Assembly (NCBI GenBank): GCA_951406725.2
Contig: OX597815.1
Coordinates: 117,180,001 to 117,244,000, forward strand
Length of the DNA stretch: 64,000 bases
Direction: 5' to 3'
From: Octopus vulgaris
Lineage: Eukaryota
Shown here: positions 13,584 to 26,600 of the stretch, in pieces
Numbering within the stretch: position 1 is the stretch's first letter
Layout of the letters: each line of letters starts with the position of its first letter
Notes under the pieces: model-generated
Databases searched by the model: none
What the model saw: the letters and a program-made list of their open reading frames with translations, nothing else
Told to the model about the DNA's origin: nothing
Position numbers and translations under genes: made by a program

Positions 13584-16500
13584 TACTCTCAGATATTTCT
13601 TTGTTTCCCTTTTAGATATCACTCTATGAAAAAACCATAAAAAATCAAGAAGTGGCTATAGCTGATTTAGAACGTAAAAATGTAAAGTTATCTAAAGAAT
13701 TTGAAAAGCATCAACTTGACTGGGAATTCCGAGAACAAGAGTTAGAGAGGACAATAAGTAATTTGGAAAAACAAGCTTCAGATTTTACTTCTGCAACTGC
13801 ACAGGTAAGTATAGTAACTTATTAGTTTTCTTTGAATAAATTTCCATTGTTTGGTTATCAATTTGTTTCCTCTGGTCATTTTCCTAAATGGAAAGTTATT
13901 GCTTTAATAAGTTAACTTTAGATATTAAACAATAAAACATTAGTTCTTTAGTTTGTTTTAACGTTCACTGCTAAGGCCATACTGGAACATAGGCTGAAAA
14001 TGGTCCTAATAACTGATGCATTCTGGTCATGGGTTTCATTATCAACATATTTTGCAGTTTATAAACACATGTATTGTAAAATGGATATTTTGCATTATAA
14101 ACTCTGTATATAAATTTCAATGTGTTTTGATGCCCACACTTGTAGCATATATGGACAACTGAAAACAGTCTTGACATAAAACTTCTAAAAGTGCCTCTAA
14201 TTAGTCTACATGTCTATTATTTAGCACAATATGAAAATAATGTTTAGGTGCAAACTTCAAATATTTAAGAAAAGAATGGAAGAGGCAAAATGAATGATTT
14301 TATCACTACTTCTCCATCAAAATTTGCTATTGACTGAATACATGATTCTAACAGTAATTCCAACCAATTCTAATAACTTCCAGAGTATTAACATTCTTGA
14401 CTTTCCTGAATCTAATTTAACCTTTATTTTCACTGCAAAACAGTACTTTACAGATACTGTTTTTTTATTATTATTATTATTTTTTTTTTAGCAAGGCCTA
14501 GTATATGAGGTGTATCAGTATGGTTCTTATAATTGGAAAGTGAACCCATACAAAATGTTTCTGATCTATATTGCTCCATCTACTTTGTTCATTTCATAAG
14601 GCTGACAGTTCTGAAACTGTTAATGAATCTTATCAGTCAGTAAATGATTGGAAAACAGAATCTCATTTTCAATTACATCAGTTTCATACTTGTCAATCTC
14701 TAACTGTATCAGTATCTGGTCCTGGAGTTTTACCTTTTCTTGTTATCTTGATGGTATGTTCCACCTCAGATTTTAAATTTTTTGGTCCATTAAGGTTTGA
14801 TGGTGAGGGCCTTTCAGGTTTTTCATCCTCAAACAAATCTGTCCATCTGGAGAGTCCTGGCAGTCTCACCCCGGAACACAGGGAAGGCAAGCAACATAAT
14901 AGTTTGGAGATAAACTATTTTTTATGAAAAAGTGATTCAGTTTATGTTATATATATTTAGTTGAAAGATGTAATCCTGATAGATTCTTTTTTTTTTATTT
15001 TTAACTTTTAGTTTAATAAAAACTTTGGTAAACTGCCAGATACTTCCCAACCTGTGGCTGTTCAACTTGAAAATGCTATTGTTACTATAAAACAGAACAT
15101 GAAAGAAATATCTGACACCAAAGCCCAATCTCAAGTTCTTAAAAAGGTAAGAATGGTTTAGAAATGAACATTCAGTTCAAAATTCTTGATAAATTCACAT
15201 TCTTGATTATTATATTTTTCTTTCCTAAATATTATGAAATAACTCCCTTTAGGAGTCTTTATGAGGTTCTTCTCCATCATATATCATACACAGCACTCAC
15301 CTGCTTTCTCTCTACCATTTAACACAATCTTTCAAGACTTATCTTTCATCATGAAAACATTGATAATGGAAGTCATACAATTTTCATTTGACAAGAGGAC
15401 CAAAAGTTTTGGTAAAGGGTGGGATTATTTGAAACTTGTTTTGAAAATAAGGGTATTGATGGTGTAATAGTTTGATGACAGTCAAGGGATGTTCACACTT
15501 TTCATCATACTAATGTCTGTAGCCCTTTGTTTTTGCATTGATTTGACAATCAAGTTTTGATGTCTTTTTTTTACAGCTTGATATCCCTGCTATTACCAAC
15601 CACTTCATAGTGCAATTTTTTATGCCATACGTTCTAGAGAGCCTGTCTGCTGGGATTAAAGAATCCCTTCTACACTCTGTTAGTTATTATTCAGAGTGAG
15701 GGTTCTCTTCAATGGATTGTCATAGCTGCAGCTTACAAACTCCACATCTCTTCCTTGTGATTTTGAACAGTGTTAGTTTTGCTCTAAGTGCCCACCCTAC
15801 TAGACAGATTAACTTCACTGTGGGTGGTGTAAAAAGGGAAAGTATTGCTACTAGTGTAGCAATGTAACACATATGTGGCTGTATGAGTGGCATAACTCTG
15901 TATAAAGGAGAATGTTGAGCTTTTGAGAAGTTATCGTATTTAATGGGAGAGATATATTCTTCCAGGCAATAAACAATTTTTAGGCTTTTATCACTAAACT
16001 AAAAGAATTTTTATTGGTAATTTCTTATGGAGATAAGGAAGCAAAGATTTTGTCTTTGTTATGGGAAGAGGGAGGCCTAACAGTGATAGTCTTGGTTTGT
16101 TACCATGCTACTAGGTGTAGGTACATTTGTCTACCAAAGAGGGACTTATTGTTAGGGCAAATGGACCTAAGTAGAGCTAATAGCAAGAATGCCTGTGCTG
16201 TTAGGACATGTGAATATGTTAACATGATATATCTTATGTTGTGCCTTCAATCTTCAGTTAAAAAGATATTCCAAAGAAATGACTGCAGTCATGGTGCCAG
16301 CTTGGTTATTAAGGGAAAGTGCTTCATTCAAGACATCTAAGTCAGTATAATTTTAGATGTTCAACTCACCAATTTCAGCAACTGCCGTTTGATGTTTGTA
16401 ACATATACATGGCTAATGTTTATATAAAAATATAATGTAATTTCTAAGGGTAGGATATAATAGGAATGGCCTCATATCATAGCTTGTCTTCAATCTTCAC

Positions 16501-19500
16501 TAAATAGATATTCCAGTTAGTGGCAAATGTGAATAGTAATGGAAAACATATATTAGCTTGATCTCCAGTTAAGGAGAGGGGTGGGTGCATAACTGTTACC
16601 GAGACTGTTTATATGGTGTTAGGCAGTAGGAGAATGTAGGTAGTAAATGAGGCTTTTTTTCATGATATTAAATGAGGTGGGATGAAGATTTAGTTATGAA
16701 GCTATTAAATACTAATTGACTAAAATTAGCTGGTCACATTTGTCAGTATTGGGGATGCGTGTATAGATAAAATGCTACTTTTTGATTTCTCAAATGATAA
16801 TGAATGAATTATCCTCTTCTAAAGGTCAATAGGGCTGAGGAATCATGTCTTCCCATAGTGGTGGTAAAGGTTTTCAATAAGTGGTAGTGAGAGAAGGGTG
16901 AGTTCACTAAAGCAGCTAAGGTTGTGAGCATGACAGTAGATTGTGCTGTCAAGTGTACTGATGGGGATAGAAGGTTTTGCATATCATCTGCTTGATGTGT
17001 GCTATGTTGTTATTTATTTTAAAACAGTTTGTTGGTTAGATATACATGAGATCATCTCATGCAAAATTTAACTCAGAGATGTTTGCCAGTTGAGGTTATA
17101 GACATGTCTGTGTCTAACATGCATGTATCACTAATAGAACTGGAACTGAGAGAGAAGGTTGGATAAAAAAAGAATTAATGTAATGCTGAAAGAAGAACAG
17201 TCTAAAAACAGGTTTTATTAAAATTAGAATATTATTAAAATTACTAATAGAAATTATTTCTTACTTTTAAATTTATAATCTTTCATCTCAGTAAACAGTA
17301 AAAATATTACCTTTGTGTTTCATTGTTCATGAACAATTTCGATGTTGATGGTGATTTATTTGTCTTTGAACTAAAAATTATTCAATTATTTTAATACTAA
17401 TTTAGAGAGTTGAACAACTGCAAGCTGTAGCTCAGGAGGCTGAAGCAAATCTCATTGCTAAAGACAAACTAATTGCTGAGATACGGCTTCAGATGCCAGC
17501 TACCGTGGATCGTAATATTTTCCTTAAAAATCTCAGTGTATCAAAGAATAAGAAGGAAGAATCCAATGAAGGTCATTTTGAAACCCAGCAAGCTATTAAA
17601 GTTGCACATTGTGCTGTTTCAAGTCTTAAGGTTAGCAACATTCATATTTTCAATTGAATTAAAAACTGAGTATAGCTTACAACACTAAAACTATTGACAA
17701 CAGACATTTACAGTTGCTATTAACATATTCTTTGTAAGCATCATCTAATGACATAATCTAACTAATTGATAATGAAAACATTCCATATTTTTAATCTGGT
17801 TTCTATTTTTAGGCAAGGATCCAGCTGAAAGAAGAATCTATAAAGAATCTTCAAGAGCTTTTGAAAACTGCCCATGAGGATATGGAAAAAATGACCCAAA
17901 AACATTTTGAAGAATTGCAGTCTATGCAGTTAAAAATGCAAGAGAATGCTGATAGATCTTATATGAAGTTTAAAGAAGCAGCTACAGAACTGGTTAATAA
18001 ATCTAGCAAAGATGAAGCTTTCAAAAAGCAGGTAAATATTTTGTAAATAAGATATTTTAAAGAAGACTCATATATAAATCCTGCCAACAGCAAATATGCC
18101 ATTACTGATATCTGCATTTTGCCTGTTATCAGCTAATTAATATAGTCTTCTTTCTAGTCAAATAACTTAATGAATTAACTTCATATATTATTATTGTATA
18201 TAAAGAGTACAGTAAAAATTGTGAAGTACTCAATAACTTAAACCAATGATTATCGAAATCAAATTCGATGACTGGCATCCGTGCTAGTGGCGCACTAAGA
18301 GCACCATCCGAGTGTGATTGTTGCCAGAGCAGCTAAACTGGCTTCCGTGCCGATGGCACGTAAAAAGCACCATTTGAGTGTGATCATTACTAGCATCACC
18401 TTATTGGCACTTGTGCTGGTGGCATGTGAAAAAATATTCGAGCGAGGTCATTGCCAGTGCTGCTGGACTAGCTCCTGTGCAGGTGGCACGTAAAGAACAC
18501 CATTTGAGTGTGGCTGTTGCCAGTACTGCCTGACTGGCCCTCATGCTGGTGGCACGTAAAAGCACCCACTACACTCTTGGAGTGGTTGGTGTTAGGAAGG
18601 ACATTCAGCTGTAGAAACTCTGCCAGATCAGATTGGAGCCTGGTGCAGCCATCTGGTTCGCCAGTCCTCAGTCAAATCGTCCAACCCATGCTAGCATGGA
18701 AAGTGGATGTTAAATTATATATCAAATTGCACCAAAGAAATATTTAGGAGACTAAAACTAATTCAGCATTAAACTATTCCACTTCAATTGTTTCTCTCTG
18801 TGTTTAGACTTCACACACTAATAAACCATGAGTAGTAACAATTACCTTACATTGATCGTATCTATCTTGTATACTTTGTTATAACAACTGGCAAGTCTTT
18901 GAAATGTATAAAAATATATTCCATGATAAATTCAGCATGGCCACAGCTCATTAGCTGAAACTGGAAAAATCAAAATCATACAATATGCTTTGGCTGTATA
19001 AGGAACAGTAGGGTTTCAACTCTTGGTGAAAAATACATGTAATGTATTAGTGACTTCCAAACATAAATCTATAAATCTATTGGACTTTCTGATTATAAAT
19101 TCTGTAGTGAGTGTATTATGTAATATAAATATAGTTTTGATTATCAAACCAAAAATTATAACTAAAAAGTATTATATCTGACATTGAATTGTAAATTATA
19201 TTTTAATGAAATTAATTGTTGGTTTCTCTTTTCCTTCACTTCAGATGATACATATGTCTGCCCTTGAAGATTTAATTGCTGAGCGAGATGAAGCTATGTC
19301 TGGTCTAGTAATTCAGATTAAAACTAAAAATGAAGAAATCCTGGCTCTACGTGTTAAACTACAACAGATAATTGGAGAGAAAGACCAAGCTAAGGAAGAG
19401 TGCGTATAATTGGTTAAAGTTTTTGCAAATTTCTTGTATATTATTTAATGAAGCTTAAAATAATTTGGAAGTTGTATTTACTTGACAAGGGACTTGATCT

Positions 19501-22500
19501 GAGATTGTGTGTTGAAACTGAAACAACTACACAACGGAAGAGACCTGTTAGCTGTTTTAAAACACATATCATCATCATCATTATCATTTAATGTTCATTT
19601 TCCATGGGCTAATGTTCATGGCATGGGTTGACTTGTTTGACAGGATTTGATGCATTCTTTGAACTGCTTCATGCTCCAATGCCTGTTTTGGCATGGTTTC
19701 TACAGCTTGATGCCCTTCCTAATACCAACCACTTTACAACATGTACTAGGTGCTTTTCACATTCCACTGCACAGACCATTATATTTATTTCTGTTTCATT
19801 TCTTGATAATATTGTTTCTTAAAAAAAAGGTGGCGAGCTGGCCAAAGCATTAGCACACCAGGCGAAATGTTTAGCAGTATTTCGTCTGTCTTTACATTCT
19901 GAGTTCAAATTCCACCAAGTTTGACTTGGCCTTTCATCCTTTCCGGGCTGATAAATTAAGTACCAGTTGCGTACTCGGGTCGATCTAATCGAATGCCCCC
20001 CCCCACCAATTTTGGGCCTTGTACCTAGAGTAGAAAAGAATATTGTTTCAAAAAGTTTCATCATACATTTACAATCTTATCAATGACTTAATTCCACACT
20101 ACATTTATAGGTTAGTCAGCTACTGGCTTCTTGTATGAATCTTGTTGGATGTTTATTTGCCTATGTTTTCATTTACTTGTAGTTGCAAAGTGAACTTCTT
20201 AACCACACAGCCATGTCTGTGCTTTTATGACTCCCATTTAAGTGCAGTCATAGCTAAGTGATTAAAAAGTCTGGTTTACAACTACATAGTTTTGGGTTCA
20301 GTCTCATTGCACAGTACCTTGGGAAAGTTTCTTCTACTCTGGACCAACCAAAGTCTTTTGAATAAGTTTGATAGGTGGAAACTATAAAGAAGCCTATCAT
20401 GTGTGTGTGTAAGGGTGTTTCTGTTTCCTTGTTTTGACATTCTGTGCTAATTGTGTACAAACATTGCCATCATGCAAACGATGTTGTTTATTTGCAATTC
20501 CCCACGAAACCCTGTCTGAACCTGGACAAATATTAATTTGCTTGGAAACAACTGGTGATAAGAATTATCTGGCCTTAAAAAATTTACCTCAATGACTCAT
20601 GTCTGACCCATACAAGTATGGAAAAGTAGACATTAAAGTCAATAGTGATTTATTTATTTCATCATTTCCAGTTAATTTATTTCATTTTTAACATCATAGA
20701 TGTGACAGACAAGTAAAATGTAAGACAGAAATTGTGAGATATGTAACATCATACAGCAGAGAAATTGTTTGTAAACTTTCAGCTAGTGTTCTAAATAATG
20801 TTTCCATTGTGTGATTTTGCTTAGAGGTGGTAGATTGCTAGAATTGTTAGGCAATATTTATTCTGGCTCTTTATATTTTCTGAATTAAAAAAAAATCCCT
20901 TCAAGGTCAGTTTTACTTCTCATTTTTCTGACTAATCCGTCCTTGCGTCCTTGTTACCTTCCTTCCTGTTGCTTACCTTCACCTCTTTCCAAATAAGGTA
21001 ATATTTCCCCATGGCCAGACACATTTTCACTGAATGTTAGAGATGAAGGACATTCATTTATAACATTCATGAGATGATGTCAAGAGAAAGAGACACAAAT
21101 ACACACACACACATATGTATATATATACACACATCTACCAAATCTGCTCACAAGGGTTTGGTTAGTCCAGGGCTATAATAGCTTGCTCAAGGTGCCATGC
21201 ATTGTGGGACTGAACATAAAACCATGTGGTTTTGAAGCAAACTTCTTCACCACATAGCTACATCTGCACCAATTTTACTAGATTTATATTTTTTCTGTAT
21301 TTTAAGGTAGGAATATGTTACACTTTAATTTATTAGGTTAGTGCCACGTTGGTTTACACTTCATTTAAATAAACAATTGCTGAGTTTTATTGAAAATGAT
21401 TAACTTTAATGTGTTGTAGGTTGTTAAGAAAACATGATGCAGAATTATCAGAGAAGAGTAAAGAACAAAATATGTTATCCCAACAAGTTAGAGAGCAAGA
21501 AAAAGAAATTCAGATATTGAAAGAAGAAATTTCCTGTGTAAAAGAAGCCAACAGCCGAGCATCTTATGCCAATGTGGCAAAACTGACTGAACAATTAAGG
21601 AATCAGTTATTGCAGAAAGAAAACCAAATTCAGGTTAGAATCTATATTTATCAAATTTGAAAAAAAAATGGAAGATGAGTTAAGGATTCATTGTTTGAAG
21701 AATTGAAGACTATTGTTAAGTAAAAAAAAAAAAAAAGCTTTGAATATAATCCACTGTTTATATAGCTAACACTGTACCTCTTTTGATAGTTTCTTTTTAT
21801 TTTCAAACAAAATCTGTTTGATAATGTGTTGTTTTGTGAAGGCAACGAGCTGGCAGAAACGTTAGCATGCTGGGTGAAATGCTTAGCAGTATTTCGTTGT
21901 CTTTACATTCTGAGTTCAAATTCTTCTGAAGTTGACTTTGCCTTTCATCCTTTTGGGGTCAATTAATTAAGTACCAGTTGCATACTGGTGTTGATCTAAT
22001 TGACTGCCCCCCCACTCCCCCAAAATTTCGGGCCTTGTGCCTAGAGTAGAAAGGAATATGTTGTTTTGTGTATAGTCTTGATTAATATTGTTTTCCTGAT
22101 CACTCAACAGTAAACTTTCCCTCCATTATAACTAAATTTAAAGCTGGTCATTAGTTCTTTGAGTCAAGTTACATATGGTATAATTGTTAGAGTTGTTAGA
22201 ACATTGGATAGAATGCCTTACTGTATTTGTTCTGACTTGCTGTACTTGGTCTTTCTTTTGGAGTCAGTGAAAATGTACTAATGTAGGACAATTGGCAGAA
22301 GTGTTGGAATGTCAGACGAGATGCTTTGTGGTAGCTGTTCTGGCTCTTTGTGTCCTGACAGCAACACTTGCAGTGACAATGGTGCTGAGCTATATCAGCA
22401 GCTGTAAGGCAATGATCTGTTCTTCGGACAACATTGTGGCCTGAAGAGAGGAGTTTTGCATGCTTGGGAAACTGCCAGACTTATAGAATCCTTGACCATG

Positions 22501-23637
22501 CTTGCAAGTACATGTGCAGATACATGATCAGTGTTGACCAATAGAGGCTCTAGTAGAATTAAAATAGCCAAGTAGCTGAGATAAGTTATTAATAAATATA
22601 TAATTTATGCTGTTAACTCCATCTTAAGATATGAAGGGATCTTTGCGTGTAGATGTAAATATCGAAAAGGTCACCATTTTTAAAGATGAAGTTATTATAG
22701 TCTGAGAAATTATAATTTCAGTTTTTTAATGTTTTCTTATTTGAGTAAAATTTTTCCTTTTGTTAGGCCTTGAACAAAGCATTGTCTAAAATTCGCACTG
22801 ATTTGCTGGAACAAACAGAACTAACTACACAAATACAGCAAGCAGGGAAGCAACAAGAGGCACAAATAAAAAAGAAAATTGATAAGCAAACAGAAAATTT
22901 GTCTGTGAGTATCATATTTTAATTTATGGTTCCATGGGTCTGACAAAGTTTAATGGGGTAGATTTTCTAAAACCACATGTCCTTCCTGTTGCCAACCCTT
23001 GCATGTATTTTAGCAGAATATTTGAAATGAATGACACTGCTTGTATGACAGTGACATTCATTTACAACTATTATGTGATGTCAAGCAAGGAAACAAATAT
23101 ACTCTCCCTCTCTCACACACACACAATGTGCTTCTTTCAATTTCCATCTACCAGATCCACTCACAACGCTTTGGTTGGCCTGTGTCTGTAGTAGGCACTT
23201 GCCTCAGTTGCCATGCTGTGGGACTGAACCTGACACTATCTGGTTGAGAAGCAAACGTCGTAACCACACAGCCATGTCAATGCCTCATCTAATTCAATTA
23301 TAAAAATGTGAAATATTAATGTGAAGACATGGTCATTAGTTTGTTTCATCCATCACAGTCAAAGACAAGAAATGGAAACAAAATTGAAAGAAGAAGGAAA
23401 ATACAAATACTAACACTAATAAAAATATTTCTTTATTTTGTTTCAGTCATTTAACTGTGGCCATGCTGAAGCACTACCTTTAGTTGAGCAATTTGACCCC
23501 AAGACTTATTCTTTGTAAGCCTGGTACTTATTCTATCGGTCTCTCTTGCCGAACCGCTAAGTGACGGGGATGTAAACACACCAGCATCGGTTGTCAAGCA
23601 ATGTTGGAGGGATAAACCCAGACACACAAACATATAC

Positions 23638-23683
<46 letters not shown>

Positions 23684-26600
23684 CAGGCTTCTTTCAGTTT
23701 CCGTCTACCAAATCCACTCACAAGGCTTTGGTTGGCCTGAGGCTATAGTAGAAGACACTTACCCAAGGTGCCACGCAATGGGACTGAACCCGGAACCATG
23801 TGGTTGGTAAGCAAGCTACTTACCACACAGCCACTCCTGTGCCTACATTAATAATAAAAATATTAATAATAATAATAATATTAATAATAAAAATAATTAT
23901 TTGAAAATATTTCAGAGTGAAATCGAAGAAATTCGAAGCCAAAATGAAAAAATGAAAACAGACTTGAAGAAAAAGCATGAGCGAGAAACAAATTTACAGT
24001 CTGAATTGGGAGAATTGCAGGAGAAACTTGGTAAGGTTTAATTTAATAAATTTTTAGAAAAATACTAGCTTTAGCTCTGAGTTGTTTATGCTGTTGTCTT
24101 GCATCTGACCAGCTCTAAAAGAGTAGAGCTATAATCAAAAACATTTGAACCATAGTCATTCTGTTTTTTATGAGAGCTATCTAAGGACTATAATATCTAA
24201 TGTGTCCCTCTTTATTTAGGACAGTGAAATGTGATTTAAGGGAGATTTGGCTGTTGTTTCTAGCAAACTGAGCAACCATGTACAGGTTCCCTCCTTGATG
24301 CATCTTGTTCTAAATAGGCATTGGAAGTTGTGACATTGAGGAATTGATAAATATTTTGTTGACTTACTGTAGAGAGTTGAATTCTTTCAAGAAAGTCTCT
24401 CTCTTCACCAAACATACCTCCTGTCTCTATTGTCATCAAATTAATGCTTCTGAAAACTGATATAAGCATTGGTTATATGAATCTCTAATTTATGCACAAA
24501 TATTAATTTATAGATTTGCTAACTTTATTGTTATAAAATCTCTTCTTTATCTGTATGTACATAGTGTGTGTGTGTGTGTAGGCTGACAACAGAAGTGTCT
24601 TCTTTTTTTAAGCCTGTTTATAGAATATTATTATAATCATTAATGTAGTTGATTGAAGTAAATACTGTACTGCAGATCATTATAACCATAACTGTACTAC
24701 TGAACAGTCACCAAACTATTTTTGTACCATGGACTAGTTTTATGCAAGACAATTTTCCCACAGATCAGGGAATCACATACGTAACAAAACAACAATAAAA
24801 TGCATAATATATAATTTAATTATTACATTTATAATACACTAGTAGTATCGCCTGGCGTTGCTCGGGTTTGTTTCGACCCTTTAGAATTGGAATTTTTGAA
24901 AAGTAAAAATTTTGCACTATGTAGCTTGTTATTCTCTTTAAGTGAACAATTTTCTAGTTGAAATACACCGAAAAATGGCGACACAGCAGTAAAAAAATCG
25001 TAAAAAAGAGGGATTTTCATAAAAAGAAGCTCCTTTTTGATGTAAATAATTTTTGGTGTTAACGTGGTCCGATTTGAATTTTTTCTTCTACGGAAGGAAG
25101 AGCAAGCCTTCTATCATATTCTCAATTTTGGTCAACTTGCACCGCAGGATTTCGGAGGATATAGTGTTAGTTGAAGGCTACCAAACCTGCCATACACAGT
25201 CAACTTCAGCTTTATATATAGAGAGATATATATAATGTAAAAACGCCCTGCTAATTGTGATAGTCAATAAAATAGAAGTAAAATTTAAAATCAGGTGCTG
25301 ATCCATGCCCTGGTGAGTAGGGACCCCTGTTGTGGAGTACTTCTAAGAATTACTATGCTGTAGACAATTGGTTCTCAACCATTTTTAACCTATGGACCCC
25401 TTCAATTCCTATTTTACTTGGGTGGACTCTCATAGCCATTTGATGCTTTAAAAAATCTCATATTTTTAGAATTAAGTAGTATTAGGAATTGCATAAAAAA
25501 ACTGTAAAGATATTTGACATATTGAAGAAGTATAAGCAATTTGGACCTCACTCTTACTCTCACTACTACTCCTTCACTGAATTACTATTTTCTCTCCTCT
25601 CCCTTAACCATTTCACTCTTGCATGATTTTGGACAAATATATATTTATGTACAAATACATAAAAACACTATGCTCATTATTATATTAGAAGATAATTATT
25701 GTATGTAGGCAGCTTTCACATCCTGGATATTCGGTTGAGTCAAAGGCAGAAGCTGTCAGGAGGATGTCTGTGTTTGCTTGTGATTACATGGCACACCTAA
25801 AACAATAATTGAAAGCATGGTAGACATTGGTTTCAAATTTTGACACAAGGCCAGCAATTGCAGGGGAGAGTGCAAGTCAATTATATTGATCTCAAATGGT
25901 ACTTATTTTACTGACCCCAAAAAGATGAAAAGCAAAGTTGACCCCTGTGGCATTTGAACTCAGAATGTGAAGTTATAAGAAATGTTGCTTAGCATTTTTT
26001 CCAGTACACTAACAATTCTATCAGCTTGCCACCCTAAGCATGGTATATATTATTCAGTGAAACTTGATTGTGAAAGATAGCCACAGGCTATTATAACTAT
26101 TACTGTACTGTAGACTGCTAATTATCATTATTGTATGATAGACTGCTGTATCTCTGGTAGTCATCATCATCGTCGTTTAACGTCCGCTTTCCATGCTAGC
26201 ATGGGTTGGACGGTTCAACTGGGGTCTGGGGAGCCCGAAGGCTGCACCAGGCCAGTCAGATCTGGCAGTGTTTCTACAGCTGGATGCCCTTCCTAACGCC
26301 AACCACTCTGAGAGTGTAGTGGGTGATTTTATGTGCCACCGACACAGGTGCCAGACGAGGCTGGCGAACGGCCACGCTCGGATGGTGTTTTTATGTGCCA
26401 CCGACACAGGTGCCAGATGAGGCTGGCAGACGGCCACGCTCGGATGGTGTTTTTATGTGCCACCGACACAGGTGCCAGACGAGGCTGGCAGATGGCCACG
26501 CTCGGATGGTGTTTTTATGTGCCACCGACACAGGTGCCAGACGAGGCTGGCAGACGTAGTAATTGTTTTAAACTGTTATCATTCACAGAAAAGAAAAATT

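Noticed and set aside
14571-14927. Possible extra CEP290 exon or nested gene
   Set aside because: It is the antisense of a decayed RT fragment; the CEP290 frame is already complete using exon 15012-15146.
26331-26556. CRISPR-like array of ~60-bp periodic palindromic units
   Set aside because: No unique spacers and no cas genes; eukaryotic context; the units are part of a LINE 3'UTR.
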